Below, piece by piece: positions 9,231-18,390 of a DNA stretch of 64,000 bases. Position numbers and translations under genes: made by a program. The notes beneath the pieces were generated by a model. That model had not been told where the DNA came from. It searched no databases and was given only the letters and a program-made list of their open reading frames with translations. Source of the stretch: Myxococcota bacterium (lineage in GTDB: Bacteria > Myxococcota > XYA12-FULL-58-9 > JABJBS01); contig JAYZAY010000062.1 of NCBI GenBank assembly GCA_036339465.1, forward strand, positions 1-64,000, given 5' to 3'. Each line of letters opens with the position of its first letter. The stretch's first letter is position 1.

Positions 9231-11006
9231 ATGCTTAGAAGAAAACCCGTTGGCTTCATTGGGGCCGTTGTTATGACTTTGTTAACCATCGTGGGTTGTG
9301 GAGACAGCGATCATGATGATGATACAACCACCAGCATCGCCACTGATACGGCGGCTGATACGACGGCGACTGATGCGACGACTGATACGACGGCGACTGA
9401 TGCGACGACTGATACGACGGCGACTGATACGACGACGACGGATACAACCACCACCGATACAGGCACCGATACCCAAGGCGGTGGGAACTACAGTTCAATG
9501 CTCGGAACTCCTCCTGACACCTACAGGTTTACCATCCCAGAAGCCTTTGTGGATGGTGACGAAACCGGTGAAGAGAGCAACATTAGCTACACCGGCCAGA
9601 TTTATCGCCAGAGCCACATCTCAGCCATCAAAAAGTTGATGGGGGATTGGCAAACGCCCCTTTCTACAAACGACACCGCCAACTTGCCCGCTGAAGTGAG
9701 TGGCAGTATGGAAGGTGCTTACGCTGCGCAACTAGAAGCTTGGTATAACGGTGGAAATACCGACACCATGATCACGGAATCCGCACCTGTGGCGAGCTTG
9801 CCCGATGGCAAAACATTCAAGCAGGCAACTTTGGCCGATTTTGGGAGCAGCAAGAGCCTTTCTGGCAAGATTGTAGGTAAGGATTCTACTGCTTGGGATG
9901 CTGACGCTTTTACATTTGCAGGATGGGACCTGGATATCACCAAGGATTCAAACTGGGCATCTGTGACCAAGGCTGACAAGGCTGACGCACTCGTTAAAGC
10001 ATTCTTCCACCAAACCGACGTTTTGGCCAATCAATTCGCCAATGGTGAGCAGGATCTGGTTGCGGCCGGTTTGACCTCAGGTGACCTCGAACCAACCAAA
10101 TATTTTGTGAACAACAAGGGCCATGACTTCCAGCAGTTGACTCAAAAGTTCCTCTTGGGTGCGGTGACCTTCAGTCAAGGTTGCTCTGATTATCTACGCG
10201 CGGACCTCGATGGCAAAGGTGTGAAGGGTGATGCGAAGGCTGAGAAGTCTGAAGGTGCGAATTACACTGTGGTACAGCATGGTTGGGACGAAGCTTTCGG
10301 ATACTGGGGCGGAAGCCGAGACTTCACGCACCGAGCGGCGGCAGATGGCAAAACCGTGGAAGAAACCCTCAAGGGCGCAGCGGCCCACGACACCGACGGC
10401 AACGGTGAAATCGACCTCGTGAGTGAGCACATCTGGGGAACGGCCATGAACGCGCTCAAGCGTGACGTTGGCTCCAAAGACGTGGTTGATGGCAGCGGCC
10501 ATTCCTTGGCAACAAGCTTTGCCAAAAACATTTTCAATGCTTTCAAAGCCGGCCGTCACTATCTTAAGTTTGGCATCACCTATGACGGTTTTGCTTCCCA
10601 CGTTCTTCCCGTCATTATCGACGAGCGAAAGAAAATCTGTGACAACTGGGAAATGTCTATCGCTGCGACTGTGGTTCACTACATCAACGACACCTTGGGT
10701 GATATGAAACTCGGTACTCAGGTATACGCTGATGCGGATGCCTACATGACCCACGCCAAGCATTGGGGCGAGCTCAAGGGTTTCGCTCTAGGTCTTCAGT
10801 TTCGTTACGATTCAGAGATCCACAAGATACCTGAAGGCGAAGCTAAGAGCCATTTCGCCAAGTTCCACGAGCTTGTGGGTGATAAGCCTGTTCTCGTAAC
10901 GGCGTCTGAGTCAGATAAAGAAGCCTACAAGGCTCAATTGGAACAAGCACGCGGCATCCTCAAAGCAGCCTATGGTTGGGCTGATGAAGTTGTGGCCGTT
11001 TGGTAA
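9231..11006 (+). CDS. DUF4856-like lipoprotein (imelysin-like, iron-regulated)
   Basis: RBS GGGAGA, lipobox IVGC, SYTGQIYRQ, QQLTQKFLLGAV, HGWDEAFGYWG, HWGELKGFALGLQF; start 9231 rather than 9087. Confidence 0.85.
   Translation: MLRRKPVGFIGAVVMTLLTIVGCGDSDHDDDTTTSIATDTAADTTATDATTDTTATDATTDTTATDTTTTDTTTTDTGTDTQGGGNYSSMLGTPPDTYRFTIPEAFVDGDETGEESNISYTGQIYRQSHISAIKKLMGDWQTPLSTNDTANLPAEVSGSMEGAYAAQLEAWYNGGNTDTMITESAPVASLPDGKTFKQATLADFGSSKSLSGKIVGKDSTAWDADAFTFAGWDLDITKDSNWASVTKADKADALVKAFFHQTDVLANQFANGEQDLVAAGLTSGDLEPTKYFVNNKGHDFQQLTQKFLLGAVTFSQGCSDYLRADLDGKGVKGDAKAEKSEGANYTVVQHGWDEAFGYWGGSRDFTHRAAADGKTVEETLKGAAAHDTDGNGEIDLVSEHIWGTAMNALKRDVGSKDVVDGSGHSLATSFAKNIFNAFKAGRHYLKFGITYDGFASHVLPVIIDERKKICDNWEMSIAATVVHYINDTLGDMKLGTQVYADADAYMTHAKHWGELKGFALGLQFRYDSEIHKIPEGEAKSHFAKFHELVGDKPVLVTASESDKEAYKAQLEQARGILKAAYGWADEVVAVW
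9355..9428 (+). repeat. 27-bp coding tandem repeat (~2.7 copies) encoding a Thr/Asp linker
   Basis: CTGATACGACGGCGACTGATGCGACGA twice plus a partial copy; DTTATDATT units. Confidence 0.9.
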
Positions 11007-11053
11007 AAAGGCTTGTGGTTATGAATGAATACGGTTGTAAGTGAAAGGGCAGC

Positions 11054-11083
11054 CCGGCTACAGGGGGAGACTCTTGTGGTCGG
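11054..11083 (+). terminator. Intra-operon RNA hairpin (partial terminator or stabiliser)
   Basis: 13-bp stem CCGGCUACAGGGG/CUCUUGUGGUCGG with 4 G-U pairs and a GAGA tetraloop, followed by a pyrimidine-rich tract. Confidence 0.55.
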
Positions 11084-11126
11084 CTTCTCTTGTTAAACCT
11101 GGCTGAGTCGTGTAGCCCCTCAATCT

Positions 11127-12497
11127 TTGGAGTCATCGGTGTATCTGCGTCACTTTCTACATTCTTTTCGATTTCACCACTTCACCCTCGTTCTTATGGT
11201 GATGGGGTTTGCGGCATGTTCCTTGACTGCCCGGCAAGAGGCCGCAGAAGATAAGAATCAGCGTGAGGTTGTTACCACAGACGTCTCCACTGATACCACG
11301 ACAGACGATTCGGCAACGACTTCCGATGATGGAGCTTTTGCCGATGCTTTTACCAAGACTGCGCTCTTGGAAGGAATCGCTCAGAATGTGGTTTTCCCTG
11401 GCTACGAGTTTGCGCTGATTAAAACAAAGGTGCTCCAGTCTTCTGTGCAAGCTTATGTCACCGCACTCGAGGCTGGGGACGCAGCCACAGAGTTAGTAGC
11501 GGCCCAGGAGGCTTGGAAGGCAGCGGCCTTGGCTTGGCAAGAAACGGAACTCTATCAATTTGGGCCTGCGGCTGATCTCGGTGGCGTGGCCACTGCCATG
11601 GGTGCGAAGGGTTTGCGCAAACAAATATACTCCTGGCCCCTAACCAATCCCTGCCGGGTAGACCAGGAATCTTTGGAAAACGTATTTTCCGCGGCCAACT
11701 ACACGATGAACGAATTAGAAAATGTCTATGGTCTGGATGCCATTGAGTACCTACTTTTTAATCGCGAAACGACCAATGCGTGTAGTTCCGGCCATGTGGT
11801 GAATAACACAGAAAAGGAAGTTCATTGGGCACAACTTTCCGATTCCGATATTCGTGAAAGGAGAGCGCACCATGCCTTGGCTTTAACCAAAGAAGTGAAT
11901 CGCCAAGTTGAAAGCTTGATTTTTGCCTGGAAGCCCGGTGGCGAGAACTACATGGGGTCGTTTACCACGGCGGGCAACGGAAGTTCCTTATTTGGTTCTG
12001 TGCAACTTGCGTTAAACGATGTGACAGACGCCCTCTTTTATTTGGATACTTTGGTGAAGGATAAGAAATTGGCCAAGCCTGCGGGTATTCAAGATTGTAC
12101 CGCGGCAAGCTGTGAGGGTTATGTTGAAAGTCTCTATGCGCGGTACTCCAAAGAAATGTTGCATGCCAATTTGGTAGGTTTTCAGAAAATATTTCTCGGC
12201 GGTAAGGCGGATGTGGATGCCATTGGATTTGATGATTACCTGGTGTCGGTAGGAGCGAAGGATTTAGCCGAGCGTATGACCAAGAATATCCAGATTGCAG
12301 TGGATGAGCTGTCAATGATGGAGGGCAGTCTTTATGGTGCGGCTCAAAGTTTTTCAGGAAACACATGCGATACCGATGAGCCCGAGCTCTGTGCTGTTTA
12401 CCGGAAGGTCAAGGCAGTGACTGACGACTTGAAAACCCAATTTGTAAATATCCTCGATCTGGAACTGCCGCAGTTCGCAGAAGGGGACAACGACTGA
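11127..12497 (+). CDS. Imelysin-family (M75-like) lipoprotein
   Basis: Lipobox FAAC, AQEAWK, YQFGP, IYSWP, GLDAIEYLLF, KDKKLAKPAG, VESLYA, C-terminal EGDND; start uncertain. Confidence 0.9.
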   Translation: MESSVYLRHFLHSFRFHHFTLVLMVMGFAACSLTARQEAAEDKNQREVVTTDVSTDTTTDDSATTSDDGAFADAFTKTALLEGIAQNVVFPGYEFALIKTKVLQSSVQAYVTALEAGDAATELVAAQEAWKAAALAWQETELYQFGPAADLGGVATAMGAKGLRKQIYSWPLTNPCRVDQESLENVFSAANYTMNELENVYGLDAIEYLLFNRETTNACSSGHVVNNTEKEVHWAQLSDSDIRERRAHHALALTKEVNRQVESLIFAWKPGGENYMGSFTTAGNGSSLFGSVQLALNDVTDALFYLDTLVKDKKLAKPAGIQDCTAASCEGYVESLYARYSKEMLHANLVGFQKIFLGGKADVDAIGFDDYLVSVGAKDLAERMTKNIQIAVDELSMMEGSLYGAAQSFSGNTCDTDEPELCAVYRKVKAVTDDLKTQFVNILDLELPQFAEGDND

Positions 12498-12507
12498 GCT
12501 CCTACTT

Positions 12508-13887
12508 ATGTGGACCCAAACTAAAAGCTTATCCCTTGAAGTCGACGGCGCGGGCCCAGCTGTCTTTCGCATTCTTTTTGGGCTACTTGGGTTTTGGAGC
12601 GCGTTACGCTTTATCCTCAATGATTGGATTGAGCGATTTTTTGTGGTGCCCACCTTCTTCTTTAAGTATCAGGGGTTTGAATGGGTGACGGCCTGGTCAC
12701 AAACGGGGATGTATATTCATTTTGGACTCATTGCCTTGAGCGCGCTCTTGGTGACCCTGGGCCTTTTTTATCGGGTTAGCGTTGTCGTTTTCTTTCTTTC
12801 TTTCACCTATGTGGAATTCATCGACGTCACGAATTATCTCAATCACTACTATTTCATCTCGTTGGTGAGCTTTTTGATGATTTTCATGCCTTTGAATCGG
12901 TGTTTTTCCCTCGATGCTTGGTTTAAACCGTCACGCGGATCGGGGCATGTACCTTTATGGGTTTTGAATCTTTTGCGATTTCAGGTGGGCTGTGTGTATC
13001 TCTACGCAGGGGTGGCCAAGATGGGTGCCGATTGGCTCCAATATGCGCAACCCCTAAATATCTGGCTTTCTCCTAAGACCGATATGCCCCTCGTTGGACC
13101 ATGGATGGATTCTTTATGGCTCCATTATGGGATGAGTTGGATGGGCTGCTTTTTTGATACAACCATTGTGTTTTGGCTCCTGTGGAAACGGAGTCGACCC
13201 TTTGCCTATGGGGTTGTCGTGTTTTTTCACCTTTTCACGGGCTACCTTTTCAATATTGGTCTCTTTCCCGTGATTATGATGGCCTCTGCGACGATTTTCT
13301 TTGACCCCTCCTGGCCACGTCGCCTTTTGGGAAGTAGTGTTCCCGGCTTTTCGCTTTCTGCGCCCCTACGTCCAGGTCACTTCTGGGGACTACACGGATT
13401 TGGTAAGGTGTTGATTCTCGGCTACTGCTTGGTGCAGCTGCTTTTGCCCCTTCGTACGTTTACCTATGACGGCAATGTTCTTTGGCATGAAGCGGGTATG
13501 CGCTGGTCTTGGCGAGTGATGGTTCGGCAAAAGACGGCGAGTCTAACCTACAAAGTAACGCTGCCGAAGATAGGTCGCACCACGCTGGTTTCACCCTCGA
13601 AATATCTCACCCGCCATCAAGAGCGTGAAATATCTACCCAGCCCGACTTGATTTTACAGTTGGCCCACCATATCGCCCGAGATTTCGAGGCCAAAGGTCA
13701 CGAAAGTGTGGAGGTTCGAGCGGAGGTAACCGCCTCGCTCAATGGTCGTCGGGCACAGGTTTTGGTGGACCCAACAATAGATCTTGCAAAAGAGGAAGAT
13801 GGTTTTGGTCCCAAGAGTTGGGTGCTACCAGCTCCCACTGACCCTCCTTTACAATTGAATAGGAAAGTAGCCAGACACAGTCTGTGA
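12508..13887 (+). CDS. HTTM-domain protein, vitamin K-dependent gamma-carboxylase-like
   Basis: FRILFGLL, YLNHYYF, YLYAGVAKMGADWL, NIGLFP, RWSWRVM, QPDLILQLAHHIA, SLNGR, VDPTIDL. Confidence 0.92.
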   Translation: MWTQTKSLSLEVDGAGPAVFRILFGLLGFWSALRFILNDWIERFFVVPTFFFKYQGFEWVTAWSQTGMYIHFGLIALSALLVTLGLFYRVSVVVFFLSFTYVEFIDVTNYLNHYYFISLVSFLMIFMPLNRCFSLDAWFKPSRGSGHVPLWVLNLLRFQVGCVYLYAGVAKMGADWLQYAQPLNIWLSPKTDMPLVGPWMDSLWLHYGMSWMGCFFDTTIVFWLLWKRSRPFAYGVVVFFHLFTGYLFNIGLFPVIMMASATIFFDPSWPRRLLGSSVPGFSLSAPLRPGHFWGLHGFGKVLILGYCLVQLLLPLRTFTYDGNVLWHEAGMRWSWRVMVRQKTASLTYKVTLPKIGRTTLVSPSKYLTRHQEREISTQPDLILQLAHHIARDFEAKGHESVEVRAEVTASLNGRRAQVLVDPTIDLAKEEDGFGPKSWVLPAPTDPPLQLNRKVARHSL

Positions 13888-13895
13888 GGCATTGA

Positions 13896-16130
13896 ATGAC
13901 ATTTCTGCGGTATCGGCGACACATTTTTATCGTGCTTTTTGCGACAACTTTTTTTGTTCCAAAACTTATATGGGCTCAGGGATCTTCTGGCGCCAATGAG
14001 AAGAGTGAATCTGTGGGTTACGATAAGGTCGAAATCATTGGAGATGATACAGAGCAGTTACAATCCATTCCCGGTTCTGCTTCGATGATTAATAAGGAAG
14101 AATTAGAGCGTTTTGAATACGATGATATTCACCGGATCCTCAGCTCTGTGGCGGGGGTTTATATCCGGGAGGAAGATGGGTATGGTCTGCGTCCTAATAT
14201 AGGAATGCGCGGAGCTGCTTCTGACCGGAGTAAAAAAATTACGCTGATGGAAGATGGCGTGTTGATTGCGCCTGCTCCTTATTCGGCGCCAGCAGCCTAC
14301 TATTTTCCCTTGATGACGCGGATGTCTGGGGTGGAAGTTTTCAAAGGGCCGGTGTCTATTCAGCATGGACCGCAGACTGTGGGGGGAGCGGTCAATCTTA
14401 TTACTTCGACCATTCCCAGAAAGCTTCGTTTTAAATTTGATGTGGCAGGTGGCATGGACCTTTATTCCAAAGTTCAGGCGACTGCAGGCGGTAGCCATGG
14501 CCAGTGGGGGTGGCTGGCCGAAACTGTTTATCTAAGAAGTGATGGTTTCAAAGAAGTCGATGGTGGTGGTGATACAGGTTTCAAAAAATTGGGAACCATG
14601 TTGAAGGGGCGATGGAGTTCACAGGTGCAGTCTGGTGATTATCACCAATGGGATCTTAAGGTAGGTTATGGCGTAGAGGAATCTAATGAGACCTATTTGG
14701 GGTTAAGCGATGATGATTTTGAAGAGAACCCTTATCGTCGATATCGCGCGACCTATCTGGACCTCATGAAATGGCGCCACGCTCAGATTCAGGTTTCCCA
14801 CACTTTTCTCCGGGGTGAGAGTTTTGAACTTAAGACCACCGCTTACCTAAATCACTTCTGGCGGAGTTGGGGCAAGGTAGCCGAATTTGTGGAACGCGAT
14901 TTTAAGAGTATCCTAGCGGCCCCGGACGTTTCTTCGGAGAACCGTGCTTATTATGATGTACTGACTGGGAACAAGAATTCCGAAGACGAACTCGGTGAAT
15001 TGGCGACCATCCTCTATGGCACCAATGCGAGAAATTTTCTTTCCACTGGTTTACAGTCGGTAGGGGCATTTTATTTCGAAACGGGCGACTTAAAACACGC
15101 GTTGAAGTTCGGCTTTCGCTATCACTTTGATGGCATTGAGCGCGATCAATATGCCCAGGGCATGCTGATGAAGGATCAAGTGTTGGAAAACGATGGCCTC
15201 GGTGAGCGGCCCTACACTCAAAACCGGGCGCAAACCCATGCGGTGGCTCTATACGCCCATGAACATATGACTTTTGGTGATCTCAAGGTGAGTCCCGGTC
15301 TTCGTTTTGAGTGGATCCGATCACAACTTGTGGATGACCTTAAGGGGGTGACTTTGGATCCCCGTGCGTATGGTGTGCTCATTCCGGGGATTGGAGTCTA
15401 TTATGGAATCACACCACAATTAGGGGTTTTAGCGGGGACGTATCGGGGGTTTAGTCCTGTCACTCCGGGCAGTGGCGCTGAAACGAAACCTGAGACGAGT
15501 GTGAATTCTGAAGTTGGTGTGCGTTATTCCGGATCTCAGGCCAATGCCCAGGTGGTTGGGTTTTACAATCTGTATCAGAACCTAACCACAAGCTGCGGCG
15601 CGTCGGCCGGATGTGATATTGAGAAGAGCGGGCTACAATACAATGCAGGATCTGTGGATATCTACGGTGTTGAAGCGGAAGTTGGATACCGTTTTGAGAT
15701 TACGGAGGCAATAACTTTGCCTCTGAGTCTGACCTACACCTTCACGCAAACGGCCTTTAATGAAGATCTGGATTCCGCTGATCCGCTGATTGGTCAGGCC
15801 AACATTGGCGATGAATTGCCCTATGTTCCCGAGCATACCGGTGCCTTAAAACTCGGGCTTGAACACGAAAAAATCTATTTCGAATTGGCGACTCGCTATA
15901 TCAGCCCCATGCGCGACAAAGCGGGAAGTGGACTGTTGAAAGTGGGCGAGTATGCAGAGGCTCTGGTGATGGTCGATGCGGCGATGGGCTGGCACTTCAC
16001 CGAAGGGGCAACTGTGTATGTGATTGCAGATAATATTTTAAATGAACACAAGATTGTGTCTCGGCGCCCCTACGGCGCTAGACCGTCGAAACCATTGGGC
16101 GTGGTCGTTGGTTTAAAATGGTCACTCTAG
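13896..16130 (+). CDS. TonB-dependent receptor (FecA-like)
   Basis: Plug motif EEDGYGLRPNIGMRG...RSKKITLMEDG...APYSAPAAYYFP; C-terminal NILNE...RPYGARP. Confidence 0.95.
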   Translation: MTFLRYRRHIFIVLFATTFFVPKLIWAQGSSGANEKSESVGYDKVEIIGDDTEQLQSIPGSASMINKEELERFEYDDIHRILSSVAGVYIREEDGYGLRPNIGMRGAASDRSKKITLMEDGVLIAPAPYSAPAAYYFPLMTRMSGVEVFKGPVSIQHGPQTVGGAVNLITSTIPRKLRFKFDVAGGMDLYSKVQATAGGSHGQWGWLAETVYLRSDGFKEVDGGGDTGFKKLGTMLKGRWSSQVQSGDYHQWDLKVGYGVEESNETYLGLSDDDFEENPYRRYRATYLDLMKWRHAQIQVSHTFLRGESFELKTTAYLNHFWRSWGKVAEFVERDFKSILAAPDVSSENRAYYDVLTGNKNSEDELGELATILYGTNARNFLSTGLQSVGAFYFETGDLKHALKFGFRYHFDGIERDQYAQGMLMKDQVLENDGLGERPYTQNRAQTHAVALYAHEHMTFGDLKVSPGLRFEWIRSQLVDDLKGVTLDPRAYGVLIPGIGVYYGITPQLGVLAGTYRGFSPVTPGSGAETKPETSVNSEVGVRYSGSQANAQVVGFYNLYQNLTTSCGASAGCDIEKSGLQYNAGSVDIYGVEAEVGYRFEITEAITLPLSLTYTFTQTAFNEDLDSADPLIGQANIGDELPYVPEHTGALKLGLEHEKIYFELATRYISPMRDKAGSGLLKVGEYAEALVMVDAAMGWHFTEGATVYVIADNILNEHKIVSRRPYGARPSKPLGVVVGLKWSL

Positions 16131-16255
16131 TGTGTGAGAATGATGTTCAAAGTCGATGAACCAAACCATTTAATACCAAAGGCCGATGCCAGTCTCGCTT
16201 AGGAATTTTGAGGGTCGGTGGATCACCGAAAGAAAGGTTAGATTAGAAAGAAAGA

Positions 16256-16597
16256 TCAGCAGAGAAGTTTTTCGTAAAGCGCTTCGTTGAATCCTACGAT
16301 CACGGTTTTACCTATCCGCAATGTCGGGGCACGGAGGTTCCCTGTGGTTCCGAGCATGGCATCGAGCGCCTCATCTGAGGTCTGAGCGCCTACCTTGAAT
16401 TCACTTAGCTTTTTACCTTTGGCTACGTACATCTTTGAGGACGCTTCTGCGATTTCGCGCGCATCGTCTCGCTGCAGCTTCCGTGAGGCAGGGACGATTT
16501 CTTTGGGCTCGATACTGTTGGCTTCCAAAAACTTGGATGCTTTGACACAGCTCATTCAGCCCTTGCGGTGGTAATGCCATTGGATTTTTTTTGCCAT
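16256..16597 (-). CDS. ArsC-family (thioredoxin-fold) selenoprotein, UxxC
   Basis: ATG 16597 gives MAKKIQWHYHRKG-UGA(16558-16556)-MSC in frame with ORF 16256..16555; C-terminal LGTTGNLRAPTLRIGKTVIVGFNE. Confidence 0.88.
16511..16551 (-). promoter_or_regulatory. Candidate bacterial SECIS element
   Basis: Upper stem UCCAA/UUGGA with apical loop GUUU beginning 23 nt after the UGA; lower GCUGU/ACAGU pairing. Confidence 0.6.
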
Positions 16598-16744
16598 GGG
16601 CGCAGCCTAACATAGGTTTTATGTTGAATGCTAGGCTGTATTGAATTGGTCGCTCGATGATTTTTATTTAAAGGTGGGTAGCGCGTATCGATGTGGGGAT
16701 CGGGTTTAGGATTGGGCGAAAGAAATAGAATCGGGTCAGTGGCG

Positions 16745-18367
16745 CTAGGATTTCTTGTTCTTTTTACTGACTCTTTTTTTCTTACCTTGACGCTTTTTCT
16801 TTTTCTTTTTCTTTTTCTTGTGGGGTCGGCCTGTCACTTCGAAGTCGTAAACATCATTAAAACCCAAACTTCGGACGCTGTCTTTATATTTGGTGCTATC
16901 GCCCACAATCACAATCACCAAATTATCCGGGTGCAGCATAGATTTTAATTCGGTTTGGACCCTCTCTTGGGTGATACCACTTACGCGCGAATCGTATGAG
17001 CTTAGCCAATCCTTTGGATAACGGTTGGTAAGCACATCGGAGTATTGAGAAAGGATGGCTCCGCCCGTTTCAAATGAGGAAGGATATTTCATACGCAGCC
17101 GATTGACCACGTCGGTATGTTCTCGGGCGGTGACCGGACGACTGGATACGATTTCTTTATACTCCTTAATAAATTCTGCCACAGACCGGGCGGTGGTGTC
17201 AGCCTTGACCGACGCGGTGCCCACATAGTAACCGGCGTGGGCTTTGGAGATGATATAAGACCGAGCTCCGTAGGTATATCCTTTGTCTTCTCGCAGATTC
17301 AGATTGAGTCGACTCGAGAAAGACCCTCCCAATACCATATTGGCGGCGTCACGGACGGCGTGGGCTTCAGGAGAGAATGGAGCGGAGCGGTTGCCTATCA
17401 TAATTACAGACTGGGTGGCGTCGGGTTTGTCGATCCAAATAAGCTTTTGGGCAATGGGCTTTGCGTTTAGCTTTTTCGGAAGTTTGGGCCCCCTTTTGGA
17501 TTTCTTCGCTTTCCAGTTTCCGAAATGCTTATTGAGTTTGTTTTCGAGTGCGTCTTTTGTCATACCCGAAACAATGATTAGTTCGCTATTGGCAGGGGTC
17601 CAGGTGGAGCGATACCAGCGGTGGATATCTTTTCGTGTTATTTTCTTTAGTTGTTTTTGAGTGCCCAGATACCAGCGTCCTAAATAGGAATTTCCATAGA
17701 GTGCAAACCGATAGGCCTTAGTGGCAACGGTATTGAGATTGTCCTTTTCGGTGACAAGGGAATTTTTGAGCTTCAATTTGATTCGAGCAATGTCTGGCTT
17801 TTTGAAGACCGGGTTTTGGGTAATGTCCGCCATGAGCTTTAATGAAGCATCAATATTTTCATCGAGGCTATTTAGGTTGATGGTGGAATATTCTAGGCGG
17901 GTGCTTACACTTAGGTCGGTCGCGAGATTCTTGAGGGTGTCGCTAATCGCGAGTGCGGATTGGGTTTTGGTGCCTTCTTTGAGGAGGTGGTTTGTCAGGG
18001 TTGAGAGGCCTCTTTTCTTGACCGGCTCGTAGCCATAACCCACATGGTTGACCAATTGGATATGGGTAATGGGAACCTTGGAAAAGGGTATGTAGGTCAC
18101 GTGTATTCCATTTTTCAGTTGGAACTGGATGGATTTTGGGACCGTGAAGTTTAGAGGGGTGCCGACGTCTGGCATTTTTGGCCATGGTGGTGGTGCGGGT
18201 GGCTTCGCTTCGGGGGTCTTGGGCGTTTCCGCTTTTTTGGGGATGGATACTGGCGCGGGTTTGGCTATGGGACTTTTAGAGCTACAGCCCCATAGCAATA
18301 AGGACACTGCCACGACGGTGGCGATTCGCGATGGGGAGCAGGCATGATTGGGCGTGTTGGTTTTCAT
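16745..18367 (-). CDS. M16 peptidase non-catalytic subunit, lipoprotein
   Basis: Lipobox LWGC; LKNGIHV, SSRLNLNLREDKGYTYG; no HxxEH; poly-Lys C-terminus. Confidence 0.9.
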   Translation of the reverse strand: MKTNTPNHACSPSRIATVVAVSLLLWGCSSKSPIAKPAPVSIPKKAETPKTPEAKPPAPPPWPKMPDVGTPLNFTVPKSIQFQLKNGIHVTYIPFSKVPITHIQLVNHVGYGYEPVKKRGLSTLTNHLLKEGTKTQSALAISDTLKNLATDLSVSTRLEYSTINLNSLDENIDASLKLMADITQNPVFKKPDIARIKLKLKNSLVTEKDNLNTVATKAYRFALYGNSYLGRWYLGTQKQLKKITRKDIHRWYRSTWTPANSELIIVSGMTKDALENKLNKHFGNWKAKKSKRGPKLPKKLNAKPIAQKLIWIDKPDATQSVIMIGNRSAPFSPEAHAVRDAANMVLGGSFSSRLNLNLREDKGYTYGARSYIISKAHAGYYVGTASVKADTTARSVAEFIKEYKEIVSSRPVTAREHTDVVNRLRMKYPSSFETGGAILSQYSDVLTNRYPKDWLSSYDSRVSGITQERVQTELKSMLHPDNLVIVIVGDSTKYKDSVRSLGFNDVYDFEVTGRPHKKKKKKKKKRQGKKKRVSKKNKKS

Positions 18368-18390
18368 CTCTAGATTTTCTTCCTTATAAT

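Noticed and set aside
9271..9639. Arg-rich and SYQ-repeat ORFs (9298..9639, 9282..9476, 9271..9498)
   Set aside because: Alternate-frame readings of the Thr/Asp repeat inside the lipoprotein gene
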